Shown here: piece by piece, positions 48,601 through 57,490 of the stretch | How positions within the stretch are numbered: the stretch's first letter is position 1 | How the letters are laid out: each line of letters begins with the position of its first letter | Assembly: GCA_963675525.2 (NCBI GenBank) | Contig: CAXXSL010000016.1 | Coordinates: 416,001 to 480,000 of the forward strand | Origin: Anaerohalosphaeraceae bacterium | Lineage (GTDB): Bacteria > Planctomycetota > Phycisphaerae > Sedimentisphaerales > Anaerohalosphaeraceae | Reading direction: 5' to 3' | Length of the DNA stretch: 64,000 bases | Made by a program: the position numbers and the translations under genes | Notes under the pieces: model-generated | Told to the model about the DNA's origin: nothing | Database searches by the model: none | What the model saw: the letters and a program-made list of their open reading frames with translations, nothing else

Positions 48601-49804
48601 TCTCTTCGGATGCGGTTTTCTGTGCCTGCAGTTCGGCCACCTGCTGACGGAGAATTGCCATTTCACGCTGAAGTTTTAAGTTCTCAGAAACAGATTCGGA
48701 GGGTCGTGTCTCTTCCGCGGACAGGGTTTGTTCCTGCTCCGGCTGCGATGAAGACTTCGAAAGCATCTCCATCACTTTCTTAAGCGGGTCTTCTTCGGCT
48801 ACGGGTTGTTGCGGGGCGTGCGTTTCGACTGTTGTTTTCGGACGAGGAATCGTAGCGGCCTCTGCCTGTTCGACTGCTTTTTCAATCGCCGTTGACGGGT
48901 CCCCTTGCGGAACAGCAACGGAGGGCTGTGCTCTTCTCTCCTCATCTAAAAGGGATTTCAACAGTTCATCCCCGATATAGTCCTCTGTTGTATTCGGTTC
49001 GCCCTGAAGCATCGTCAATAGATCTTCTTCGGCACTCGGCTCGCTGACAACCTCCTGCTCCTGCATAGCCGCTTCAGCCTGGACCTGTTCCTCTTTATCA
49101 AGTAGCTCGGCCATGACCTTTTCCAGTGATTTTTCCTGCTCGATCTCCTGAACCGCTACTTCTTGCTGTATTACAGTTTGCGATTCCTGATCAACCGTTT
49201 CATCGGCAACGGCCGGTCTGGAGGATGGTTTGGCAAGAGTCTGTCTCCATACGTCAAAGGCTTTTTCAATTTCAACCAGAACCGTCTCAGAAGCGATCGC
49301 GATCAATTTATCATCCAGAACGCCAATGATCGCGGGAACCGCTGTTCCCTTCGGCGGCGCATCCGTCATCGTTCCGACAGTAATGGTTTTTAACCCGGCA
49401 ATAAACGGTTCAATTTCGGGAAGCGGATTCTGCTTGGTCCCAACCATAAGAACGCGAATTTGCCCGGGGTCTTTCTGATCCAGAACACCGATGACTTCCG
49501 TTGCCTTGATCAGATCGGCACCCTTGTTACTGGTCACGATCAGGACCTCGTCACTTAAGACATCGAAACTGCTGCCGATCTTAAGCTGGGAAAACAACTC
49601 CTGAGCCTGCTGACTGGTGATATAGCGAAATTTATATGCCCGGCTGCGAAGAACCCCATTGGCTTCTTCGGACTCAGCCATCGACACAACATTCGCCGTT
49701 AATATAAAAGCAAACAGGACAACAGCAGCCAAACATCGTTTGGTCCGCCCAAATCTACGTTCTTTCAAAAATAGCATATACCGCTCCATTTTTTTGTGTA
49801 CCAA
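45602..49804 (-). CDS. gspD: Very large T2SS secretin (1400 aa)
   Basis: Repeated secretin-N modules (TNTLIV, DERTNRILM, ATNSLLV), PQVLLDCTLVE, GITLTITPHI, KIPLLGDIPLLGALFR; exact start uncertain. Confidence 0.92.
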   Translation of the reverse strand: MVHKKMERYMLFLKERRFGRTKRCLAAVVLFAFILTANVVSMAESEEANGVLRSRAYKFRYITSQQAQELFSQLKIGSSFDVLSDEVLIVTSNKGADLIKATEVIGVLDQKDPGQIRVLMVGTKQNPLPEIEPFIAGLKTITVGTMTDAPPKGTAVPAIIGVLDDKLIAIASETVLVEIEKAFDVWRQTLAKPSSRPAVADETVDQESQTVIQQEVAVQEIEQEKSLEKVMAELLDKEEQVQAEAAMQEQEVVSEPSAEEDLLTMLQGEPNTTEDYIGDELLKSLLDEERRAQPSVAVPQGDPSTAIEKAVEQAEAATIPRPKTTVETHAPQQPVAEEDPLKKVMEMLSKSSSQPEQEQTLSAEETRPSESVSENLKLQREMAILRQQVAELQAQKTASEETPTEPQKVEPEEEPQTEAKIVTDGRTEFEKAIGHIGDEMLETIIDVPQEVELDWLVDLVGKQLGLNYMYDPAILKNQKVTLKIHKGQIKVKDLYALLESVLRFRGFIMTRRGDLVTIMRAADIAKIDTTLVNPDDPVQPGDIIVSSVFQLNSIDPTTAQNLLKGLNLGTDFDVVESTNTLIVTDYAYRMDQIRQVLEMVDVPGDAKEFKFRQLQYMQAADLVAKLKELVAQMEGVSMQVGTPTPATAAPKTRPVTTRDPRTGRTVTKQVPVNTAQPAAAAAKKDAVFVDTDERTNRILMIGTAEQIDIINQLIDTLDVRQFDLKYVKEYIIQYVEAIEVVNVLNELGLTDLNVSTGGSKGTSAAQTAVARRTAAARGAQPPQPAAPAAPNASTVSGGADQPNISIRPATNSLLVNGTEEQHGAIELVIAHVDVIQKDQRTIREYEIQYVDTQEIIDTMTDLGLISPQNVSGSSSSRDTSSQATRRSGRSTQQQATPEAVAATPGLLGGFGGEESGEGGDVTEQQPQIAVLEATNSLLVYATPRQHNAIALLIAHADRVPETTTTPYVVYALENQDPLELAEVLSKLIQETVEEVGKKSAPDAKIQTAGAATGGGGVASIMEEQKIRVIPDVMSYSLIVYANKRNQQWISELIKELDKYHPQVLLDCTLVEITKDNEFTMDLDIVGKIPEMTPGGAMSVLTKSDTAGVSGLLEPFPSTRITEYGITNGSGVAFYADKDVQALLKLMDRKGYGRVLARPSLLVKDNQEGEIKSEKTIFVGQEKTVITPTTDTSTSTSTDITFADYTSGITLTITPHIASEDLLKLDILLDRTDFDPTDTGKATIGTKTVPKPLNTISSNVATSAIIPNGATIILGGIETINQTKSVTKIPLLGDIPLLGALFRGIDESDVQSKLYVFVKANILRPEDELTGESDIEKISLRRRGVFESAEKKFQEVDGVPGIKPNPISPEKMLEDDEYLEKIKKKLEEIDKEKTTVEIEIQ

Positions 49805-49854
49805 CGCAATTCACTTTATTTTAAAACTCAAGACATAAATCCAACGACATCGGT

Positions 49855-50931
49855 TTATGATTTTTCATTGGGATCGCCGGTCTGGAGTTCCGTATCCGAT
49901 TCCCCCTTATCATCAGCTTGTAACGATTCGTCCTGCTCAACAGAGTCCTCTTCAGCTTCAGCAACCGAAACATTTTCCTTCTCGCTCTGTAATGCCTTCA
50001 TCAACTTTATCCACGCCTCATTCTCTTTTTGCCGCTGCTCCTCATCCAGGCCGGCATCTTCACGATTCATGATCTCCTGAATACTTGAAATCGATTCATC
50101 GATCGAAACTTTCTGTTCCTCAGGTGTCGGCGGTTTAGGAACCGCCCGAATCCGCTGAATTCGGGTCGAAACATCCCGGCGAACCTGCCCCGAAGATGTC
50201 CGCTGGTTGGCAGACGTTCTACTCGGTACCGACCTGACGACTGTTTCAGGGCCCGCCGAAACATCCGTAACAACTGCGGTCGGCTCCGACTGTAAATTGA
50301 CATTGATCGTACCCGGTCCAGCCGGCGCAGAGGATTGTCCGCTGTCAGCTTTTAACAATGATTTTGTCTGGGGTTTGGCTGGAACAAAGTATTCCTGCGG
50401 ATTTCGGCCGTCCTGTGAAAAGACGGCACTGCCGTCACGAATCTCGTCAATCGTCAGATGCCCGATCTTTTCGCCCTGCCAGAACCATTCATCTTTGTTT
50501 CCGGCCTGTCGAAGCAGGACCATCGAACGACCCGGATTAGACTGGCACTGAACCGTTCCCATCAGCGTAAATTTCGCATTAACCGGCCCCTTGGGCCCAG
50601 GAGGTGGAGGAGTAACCGGCGGTTTCGGAGTAACCGGCGGTTTCGGCCCAGAAGATGTGGTAACCGGCTCTGGAGGTTTCGGTGGTTTCGGGGGCGGGGG
50701 CGGATCGATCCGCAACGCAAACTCATGAGCCTGCGTAACCAGCGGTGAAACCGGCTCTTTGTCGTCTTTGTCTGTTTCGCCCGCCTTTTTTAATGTTTCT
50801 GTGATACCGGGGGTTTGAAGAAAATCTTTGATATCCGGATCACCCTTAAGCCCCCAAAATGTGATCAATACAACACCGCAAACAGCCAGCACAAAGGCAA
50901 TTAGACTGGTTATTCGAAGCGTTTTTAGCAT
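49855..50931 (-). CDS. Probable GspC-like protein (TM helix, Pro-rich linker, HR domain)
   Basis: FTLMGTV...WQGEKIGHLTIDEIRDG; position upstream of gspD. Confidence 0.65.
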   Translation of the reverse strand: MLKTLRITSLIAFVLAVCGVVLITFWGLKGDPDIKDFLQTPGITETLKKAGETDKDDKEPVSPLVTQAHEFALRIDPPPPPKPPKPPEPVTTSSGPKPPVTPKPPVTPPPPGPKGPVNAKFTLMGTVQCQSNPGRSMVLLRQAGNKDEWFWQGEKIGHLTIDEIRDGSAVFSQDGRNPQEYFVPAKPQTKSLLKADSGQSSAPAGPGTINVNLQSEPTAVVTDVSAGPETVVRSVPSRTSANQRTSSGQVRRDVSTRIQRIRAVPKPPTPEEQKVSIDESISSIQEIMNREDAGLDEEQRQKENEAWIKLMKALQSEKENVSVAEAEEDSVEQDESLQADDKGESDTELQTGDPNEKS

Positions 50932-51092
50932 TTATTCTCCGGAATCGATTGTTCCTTCAATTTTCAAGCCGAAACGTTTTTTCCAACATTTCGGCTTAAC
51001 ACTATTCCTTTAGACACCTTAAAACCCCCTAAGTTCCAGAAAAGACCGTGAAATAAAGCATCTAAAACAACAAAATTTGATTGAAACAAGAG

Positions 51093-52154
51093 CTATTTAA
51101 GCTTGAACCAGCCGCTACAGCGAATTGTTAAATTTGTCCCGTCCTTGAGAACAATATTCAATTCATCCGTAATATAGCGTCTGGATGAGGTTTGATCAGG
51201 CGGTGTAATCTTAACCTGCAATTGGAGATGCTCTCCGTCTTTTTCCTGTGACTCTATCTCCATATAGCCGTTTCGGGATTCTACAGAGGCAATTTCCGCA
51301 ATGGTACCATAATTACTGCGAATCAGAACATCTTTGATAACCGGAGTTCCCGGCTCGACATTCTGCAGGATAATCCGCGGGCGTGAAACTTCATACCGCG
51401 GTATTGCATTGTAACGTACTACCAGTGTTCCGGCCTGCGGATGGTCGGTTTTGACCTGAATAACCCCAGTGGTAGACTGATTGAGCAACTCGAGATTAAC
51501 TTTGAGTTCCAGCGTAAATTCCGTTGCTTTCTTGGCCGGATCAAAGGCAATTTTCATCACATCCCGTGGAATGGTAATGCTTTGGATCGAAAATTCCTGA
51601 TCATCGAGGCTTTTGACAACAAGACTGGGCATTCCGGCGTTAGCCTGATCCAAACGCAATTCGACAGTTTCCGGGGAAATGGAAACCTTAACAACTACTT
51701 CTGCCTCGATGCTCAGCTCGACACGTGGGTTTTTGGGGTCATTTGAGATAATATAAAGATGTTTTTTAACCTTCCCTTTAACGCTCGGGGCATGAAACGT
51801 AACTTTGATGGTGCCGCTTTCGCCTGGTGCATATTCTTTTTTCTTCAGTTCCGGTACTGTACAGCCGCACGTGCTCTGAACGCGTTCGATGGTTAACGTT
51901 TTTGAGCCGGTATTGGAAAACTTGAATTCGCAGTTGCCGTAAGCACCGGGACCCATCTGGCCAAAATCATGACCCGAAGCTTCAACCGCAATAACAGGAG
52001 TTGCCGAATCAATTTCAGGAACCTTCAAATCAATCTCAGGGGCCTTTTCGACAGGAACAGGCGGAGCGGATACCTGCGAGGGCTGACAACCAATAAATAG
52101 AAATGTTACAAACAAAACCGACATAAAAAAGCTTACAGTCCTATACATTTTCAT
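51093..52154 (-). CDS. DUF1573-domain lipoprotein
   Basis: FIGC lipobox; HDFG, FKFSNTG, QSTCGCT, PGESGTIKV, ISNDP. Confidence 0.85.
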   Translation of the reverse strand: MKMYRTVSFFMSVLFVTFLFIGCQPSQVSAPPVPVEKAPEIDLKVPEIDSATPVIAVEASGHDFGQMGPGAYGNCEFKFSNTGSKTLTIERVQSTCGCTVPELKKKEYAPGESGTIKVTFHAPSVKGKVKKHLYIISNDPKNPRVELSIEAEVVVKVSISPETVELRLDQANAGMPSLVVKSLDDQEFSIQSITIPRDVMKIAFDPAKKATEFTLELKVNLELLNQSTTGVIQVKTDHPQAGTLVVRYNAIPRYEVSRPRIILQNVEPGTPVIKDVLIRSNYGTIAEIASVESRNGYMEIESQEKDGEHLQLQVKITPPDQTSSRRYITDELNIVLKDGTNLTIRCSGWFKLK

Positions 52155-52344
52155 TCCAGAATTCCCCAAATTTGATTTTTTTAACTACATTCTCAGATAG
52201 ATACGCCGATATACAGTTTAAGTTTACCAAAAAACGGCAGGTTAGCAACTGTCTTTTCGGCCTATTAGAGATAAGTCTTTACAGAAACCATGTGAGTCTG
52301 TAAAATTTGCGGCTGATTCGTATGTGCTTATTTTGGAGTTTGTT

Positions 52345-53313
52345 ATGAACAATTTGAAGCAACCCGAACTATCAGTAGTGATACCGGTGTTCAACGAGGA
52401 AGGCAGTCTGCCGCCGCTGCACGATGAAATCATTGCGGCACTGGTTGATTATGACTATGAAGTTCTCTATATTGACGACGGCAGTACCGATAATAGTTTT
52501 TCGGTTTTGACTGATATCCAAAAAAAGTCTCCATATGTACGGCTAATTCGTTTTCGCCGGAACTTTGGACAAACCGCCGCAATGAGCGCAGGATTTAAAT
52601 ACGCACGCGGAAAAATAATTATTCCCATGGATGCGGACGGGCAAAATGATCCGGCTGACATCCCCGGTCTTATTTCAAAACTGAAAGAAGGCTATGATAT
52701 TGTCAGTGGATGGCGAAAAGAACGAAAAGACAACAAAGTAACCCGTACCCTGCCGTCACGAATCGCCAACTGGATGATCGGAAGAATTACCGGGATCCGA
52801 CTGCACGACTACGGCTGCACCCTGAAGGCCTATTCGGCCGAATCGCTCAAGCCGATTCGTTTGTACGGCGAAATGCATCGGTTCATTCCCGCCCTGGCAC
52901 GCTGGGGCGGAGAAAAAGTCGTGGAAATGGTCGTCAACCACCGACCCCGTACAACCGGCCAGACAAAGTATGGATTGAGCCGGACGTTCAAGGTTATCCT
53001 CGATCTGATTACGATTAAATTCCTCGCTTCGTTTTCTACAAAACCGATTCATGTTTTTGGCGGATTGGGGGTGTTTTGTTTTCTTGGGTCATTTGTGAGC
53101 GGATTGACCGTACTTGGGATGAAAGTATTTGCGGATTATTCAATGAACCGAAATCCCCTGCTCATTATTTCCCTGATGCTGATGATGGCTTCGATCCAAC
53201 TTGTGCTGATGGGTCTGCTGGCTGAAATGATGGTACGAACCTATCATGAGTCGCAGGATCGGCCCACTTATGTGATCGATAAGATCGTGGAACCTGAACA
53301 TTCGAACGCCTGA
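52345..53313 (+). CDS. Polyprenol-phosphate glycosyltransferase, GT2 (ArnC/GtrB-like)
   Basis: VIPVFNE, DDGSTD, RRNFGQTAA, MDADGQND, LHDYGC, GEMHRFIP, two C-terminal TM helices. Confidence 0.92.
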   Translation: MNNLKQPELSVVIPVFNEEGSLPPLHDEIIAALVDYDYEVLYIDDGSTDNSFSVLTDIQKKSPYVRLIRFRRNFGQTAAMSAGFKYARGKIIIPMDADGQNDPADIPGLISKLKEGYDIVSGWRKERKDNKVTRTLPSRIANWMIGRITGIRLHDYGCTLKAYSAESLKPIRLYGEMHRFIPALARWGGEKVVEMVVNHRPRTTGQTKYGLSRTFKVILDLITIKFLASFSTKPIHVFGGLGVFCFLGSFVSGLTVLGMKVFADYSMNRNPLLIISLMLMMASIQLVLMGLLAEMMVRTYHESQDRPTYVIDKIVEPEHSNA

Positions 53314-53322
53314 TGAGCTGAT

Positions 53323-55497
53323 ATGATTCGCCGAAAAAGAAAAACATCTAAACCGATACCGACCGGCAAGTCAAAGCCATTCAATCGCGTACCCGTCGGT
53401 TTGATTAGTGCGGTTATTTTCACTTTAATCCTCGGCGGGATTCCTTTCGGCTTTGGAAAATATATTGAATTCCATTCACCCGGCCCGTTCGACAGCGGCG
53501 CCTATGTGTATTCGGCAGAACACCTCCTGCAAGGCGCCAGCCTCGGCGTTGACGAAGTAAGTTCGTCCCGTCCCGGAACGCTGCTGGCCAATATTATTGG
53601 TGTTAAGCTGTTCGGGTTTAACGATCTCGGACCAAAGGCCGTTCAGATGACACTGCAATTGTCCGCTTTTGTTTTTATGTTCTACGCACTGCGGAAAGTG
53701 TTTGGCTCGGCCGCCGCAGCTGTTGGAACGACCGTTGCGGCGATCTATCTGTCGGCGCCGCTGATCGCCAAGTTCGGCAATGTCAAAGAGCAGTTCATGA
53801 TCCCGTTTATGATCGCAGCGGCGTGCTGTTTTTTGCTGTATGGGATTTCTCAAAAGCGATACTGGCTTATTGCCGCCGGTTTCTTTGCGATTCAGCCTTA
53901 TTATTTTAAACCAACAGGGCTCTCAATTGTTATTGCATTGGTGCTGTATTTGACTCTGGGAAATGTTCTTTTCAGGAAATGGAAAGCTCTGATCCTGGAA
54001 CTCAGCTTGTTTCTCAGCGGCTACATCATTGGCTTGTTAATCCCGGAATCATTGTACCTCTGGCAGGATATGCCAGCAGCAATACTGGATACATTGCCGG
54101 TGGTACTTCTTGAAGTTGGATTCATTTTTGCGGCAATTGTTATAGGAATTATAATCATTATTGGTTTTTTCAAAAAAGTTCACCTGTTGAGAAAACTTCG
54201 TCAAGTCTCAAAATGGATATGGATAACCGGCTTATGTTTGATCTTTATTACTTTTATCCTTTCGGCTTGGATTATCAAAATAGAACCGGGCTCAGAAAAC
54301 AGTGACATAATTTCCTACACTCAAGATATTTCTTTAATTCGAATCCCCAGACGGATACTTGAAACTCCAATCAATAAACTGATGGCTTCTTCCGGACTGA
54401 GGGGAGGTTATGTCAGCAACAGTTGGAAAGCCGTCAATTTCTCCACTCTGGCGCCCAGGATATTCCGTTATTATAAAGCCTTGTCCGTGCCGATCCTGCT
54501 GGCGATTGGATCCATCATCGTTGCCGGTTGTATATGGTTGCCAAAATTACTGAAAAAAAACATGCCTGCTGATGTTCAATCAAAGCTTGTTTACTTGCTG
54601 GTGCTCTGGTGGGTACTGGATATGTTATTTGTGTGGGGCAGTCCACGATCCTATGAGCAATACTACCTGCCCCTTTGTGCTTCGGGGGCGATGCTGTCTG
54701 GATTTCTCGTCTGGAAATGGCAGGAAAACCTGTTTTCCACTACCAATAAGATTCCCTGGCTGCTCGGCGGCCTGATTGCCGTGATCATGCTGGGGTATCT
54801 GGCAATCCCGATCTTCATTGGTCAGCGGTACAGCCCTGATACCGGTAGCGATTATTTTAAAAACAACGGTCATCGGCGGCGAGGTTTCAGGCCGGCATTA
54901 AAAGAACTGCCGTCACGCCAAAAAGGGGCATGGGTCGCGGTAGGCGATTATATCCGTACAAACAGCACGGAAAAAGATACAATCTATGTCTGGGGATGGT
55001 ACCCGGGCATCTATGTACAGGCACAACGTTTGTCACCGGTACCCAACGCTTTTGAAGGCGATATGCATATAAAATCGCCGCGGCAATTGCAAATAGAAAT
55101 TCATAACATAATCAAAAGCATAAAGAAAGAGCCGCCGAAATTTATTGTAGACAGCCGCAAAATACACTTTCCTAACGACCGTCCTCCTCTGGAATTGTGG
55201 CCGCATGTCTATTCCAAACAAAAACCTTTTGGCGAGCCGATTCCAAACAATCCGCAAGTTATCTTGCAATACGACGAACAATACAAAAAAATGCTGGCCG
55301 AGCAGTTCGATCCAAGACAGAAAGAATACGCAAGCCTGCCGGGGTTAACCTGCTGGCTTCAATATGCACCATGGAGCAAGGCCATGCCGGACGAGGCCAG
55401 GCGGTACGAAGTCATGAAACCGCTACGCGACTTAGTTATGAACAATTATCGCATCGCAGGTCAATACGGAATACACATTGTATTTGAGAGAAAATAA
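53323..55497 (+). CDS. Polytopic membrane protein, probable GT-C (ArnT/PMT-like) glycosyltransferase
   Basis: Many TM helices; DSGAYVY, E after the third helix, KP, YYLP, IYVWGW; follows the polyprenol-P GT2. Confidence 0.7.
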   Translation: MIRRKRKTSKPIPTGKSKPFNRVPVGLISAVIFTLILGGIPFGFGKYIEFHSPGPFDSGAYVYSAEHLLQGASLGVDEVSSSRPGTLLANIIGVKLFGFNDLGPKAVQMTLQLSAFVFMFYALRKVFGSAAAAVGTTVAAIYLSAPLIAKFGNVKEQFMIPFMIAAACCFLLYGISQKRYWLIAAGFFAIQPYYFKPTGLSIVIALVLYLTLGNVLFRKWKALILELSLFLSGYIIGLLIPESLYLWQDMPAAILDTLPVVLLEVGFIFAAIVIGIIIIIGFFKKVHLLRKLRQVSKWIWITGLCLIFITFILSAWIIKIEPGSENSDIISYTQDISLIRIPRRILETPINKLMASSGLRGGYVSNSWKAVNFSTLAPRIFRYYKALSVPILLAIGSIIVAGCIWLPKLLKKNMPADVQSKLVYLLVLWWVLDMLFVWGSPRSYEQYYLPLCASGAMLSGFLVWKWQENLFSTTNKIPWLLGGLIAVIMLGYLAIPIFIGQRYSPDTGSDYFKNNGHRRRGFRPALKELPSRQKGAWVAVGDYIRTNSTEKDTIYVWGWYPGIYVQAQRLSPVPNAFEGDMHIKSPRQLQIEIHNIIKSIKKEPPKFIVDSRKIHFPNDRPPLELWPHVYSKQKPFGEPIPNNPQVILQYDEQYKKMLAEQFDPRQKEYASLPGLTCWLQYAPWSKAMPDEARRYEVMKPLRDLVMNNYRIAGQYGIHIVFERK

Positions 55498-55522
55498 AGG
55501 CGATTCCCTTCAGAGATACACT

Positions 55523-56236
55523 ATGGATTCGAAAGAAGCGGAAAACTCAGTGTACGAACGTCGTTGGAAATACGCCATCGATACAGACAACATCCAACTG
55601 GGAAACCTGCAGGTCAACCTTGAGTTTCTCGAAGCCACAACCCTGATCACCTCCGGCAAGAGTGGATTGGAATTAGGATCCGGTGCGGGAAAACTGGCAT
55701 CATTATTACAAGAGAGAGGCATTTCGATCATCGGCAGTGATATTTCAGAAACGGCTGTTGAGCATGCCCGTAAACTATATCCGGCCGTCGATTTCAGAGC
55801 TCATTCCGCAGAGAATTTGCCTTATGATGACAATACGTTTGATCTGGTCATGAGCTTTGATGTGCTGGAGCATCTGTCGGATGTGGATCGGCATCTGGGT
55901 CAGGTCCGGCGAGTCCTCAAAGACAACGGTCATTACCTGTGTCAGACGCCCAATAAATTCAGTAATGTCATCTTTGAAACACTGAAAACACATTCGATGC
56001 AATGGAAAAAGTATCACCCTTCGCTGCATTATTATGGCCAGCTTAAACGTCGTCTCGAAAAAAATGGATTTGACCCGCAATTTGTTAAAATGAACACGAT
56101 GAACGAATACGCCGTGAAAAAGTTTGAACGGATTGGGCTTCCGGGATGGCTGTTTCGATGGATCAATTTTCGATATGTTCCTTTTCGGCTTCAAACGAAT
56201 TTTTATGTAATTGCCCGGAAAACGGATAAGTCCTGA
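55523..56236 (+). CDS. Class I SAM-dependent methyltransferase
   Basis: LELGSGAG, GSDIS, LPYDDNTFDLV, VLEHL, RVLK, QTPN. Confidence 0.92.
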   Translation: MDSKEAENSVYERRWKYAIDTDNIQLGNLQVNLEFLEATTLITSGKSGLELGSGAGKLASLLQERGISIIGSDISETAVEHARKLYPAVDFRAHSAENLPYDDNTFDLVMSFDVLEHLSDVDRHLGQVRRVLKDNGHYLCQTPNKFSNVIFETLKTHSMQWKKYHPSLHYYGQLKRRLEKNGFDPQFVKMNTMNEYAVKKFERIGLPGWLFRWINFRYVPFRLQTNFYVIARKTDKS

Positions 56237-56255
56237 TCGTTCTGTGAACAATAAA

Positions 56256-57398
56256 ATGAAAATCCTGATGCTCAATTACGAATACCCGCCCATCGGCGGC
56301 GGCGCGGGGAAAGCGCATCAAAACCTTGTTCGTGAATACAGCCGCGTTCCGGAACTTGAGGTTGACATTCTCACGGCCGCCGAAACACCGCTGTTTCGGC
56401 GGGAAACCATTGAGGACAATATCACAATTTACCGGTTGGGTCTTCATAAAAAAAATCGCCACTACTGGAGGAAGCGGGAAGTCCTCGAATGGCTTTTCAA
56501 AGCGAATCGATTGTACAAAACATTGGTTGCCCAAAAACAGTATGACCTGGTCCACTCTTTTTTCGCTTTTCCGTCGGGCTATCTTTGTCTGCAAACAGCC
56601 GGCCGGATTCCGTATTTGGTTTCACTTCGCGGCAGCGATGTCCCCGGTTTCAATGTCCGCCTGAAACTGGATTATGTTCTGCTGAAAAACCTGTTCCACC
56701 GCATCTGGCGTAACGCCGACGCGGTCATCGCCAACAGTCAGGGTCTGGCCGATCTGGCCCGTTCATTTGAGCCGGCGGTGGACATCGGTGTCATATGCAA
56801 TGGGGTCGACACCGACACCTTTTCGCCACCGGCCCAACGGTCGTTTTCCGGCAGGATCAGGCTGGTCACTGCCTGTCGGCTGATCGCTCGAAAACGCATC
56901 GACCTGTTGATCGATGCGGTTTCAAATATTATCCGGAAAGGTATTGACGTCGAATTGAATATCGTTGGAGATGGAAACCTGCGAAAGGAACTGGAATCAG
57001 TTGCTGACCGATTGGAAATATCAGATCGGGTCCATTTCCATGGATTAGTCGAATACAATAAGATGCCTGAGGTTTACCAGCAGAATCATCTGTTCCTGAT
57101 GAGCAGCGCCCATGAAGGTATGAGCAATGCCATGCTGGAAGCCCTGGCGTGCGGACTGCCTGTTATCACAACCCCCTGCGAAGGCGTCAACGAGCTGATC
57201 TCTGATAACGGCATCGTTGTCAAGGAATCCCAATCGCACGACATTGCCGAAGCTGTCTGCGGTCTTGTTCAAAACCCGGCAAACTATGACCGAATGGCGG
57301 CTGCCGCCAGACAAAAAGCCCTGCAGTTCAGCTGGACGCCTGTTGCTCAAAAATACATCGATCTGTATCGGCAAATCATCCAAAAAAAGTGGTCGTGA
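56256..57398 (+). CDS. Glycosyltransferase family 4
   Basis: NYEYPPIGGGAG, LRGSDVPG, NGVD, EGMSNAMLEALACGLPVI. Confidence 0.93.
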   Translation: MKILMLNYEYPPIGGGAGKAHQNLVREYSRVPELEVDILTAAETPLFRRETIEDNITIYRLGLHKKNRHYWRKREVLEWLFKANRLYKTLVAQKQYDLVHSFFAFPSGYLCLQTAGRIPYLVSLRGSDVPGFNVRLKLDYVLLKNLFHRIWRNADAVIANSQGLADLARSFEPAVDIGVICNGVDTDTFSPPAQRSFSGRIRLVTACRLIARKRIDLLIDAVSNIIRKGIDVELNIVGDGNLRKELESVADRLEISDRVHFHGLVEYNKMPEVYQQNHLFLMSSAHEGMSNAMLEALACGLPVITTPCEGVNELISDNGIVVKESQSHDIAEAVCGLVQNPANYDRMAAAARQKALQFSWTPVAQKYIDLYRQIIQKKWS

Positions 57399-57490
57399 CA
57401 TTCACAATATCTCCGGATTCGGTCTTTTCATCCGCCCATCTTCTCTGTACAATAGCATCAAATACAAACCGTATTCTGTGGAGATAGACA

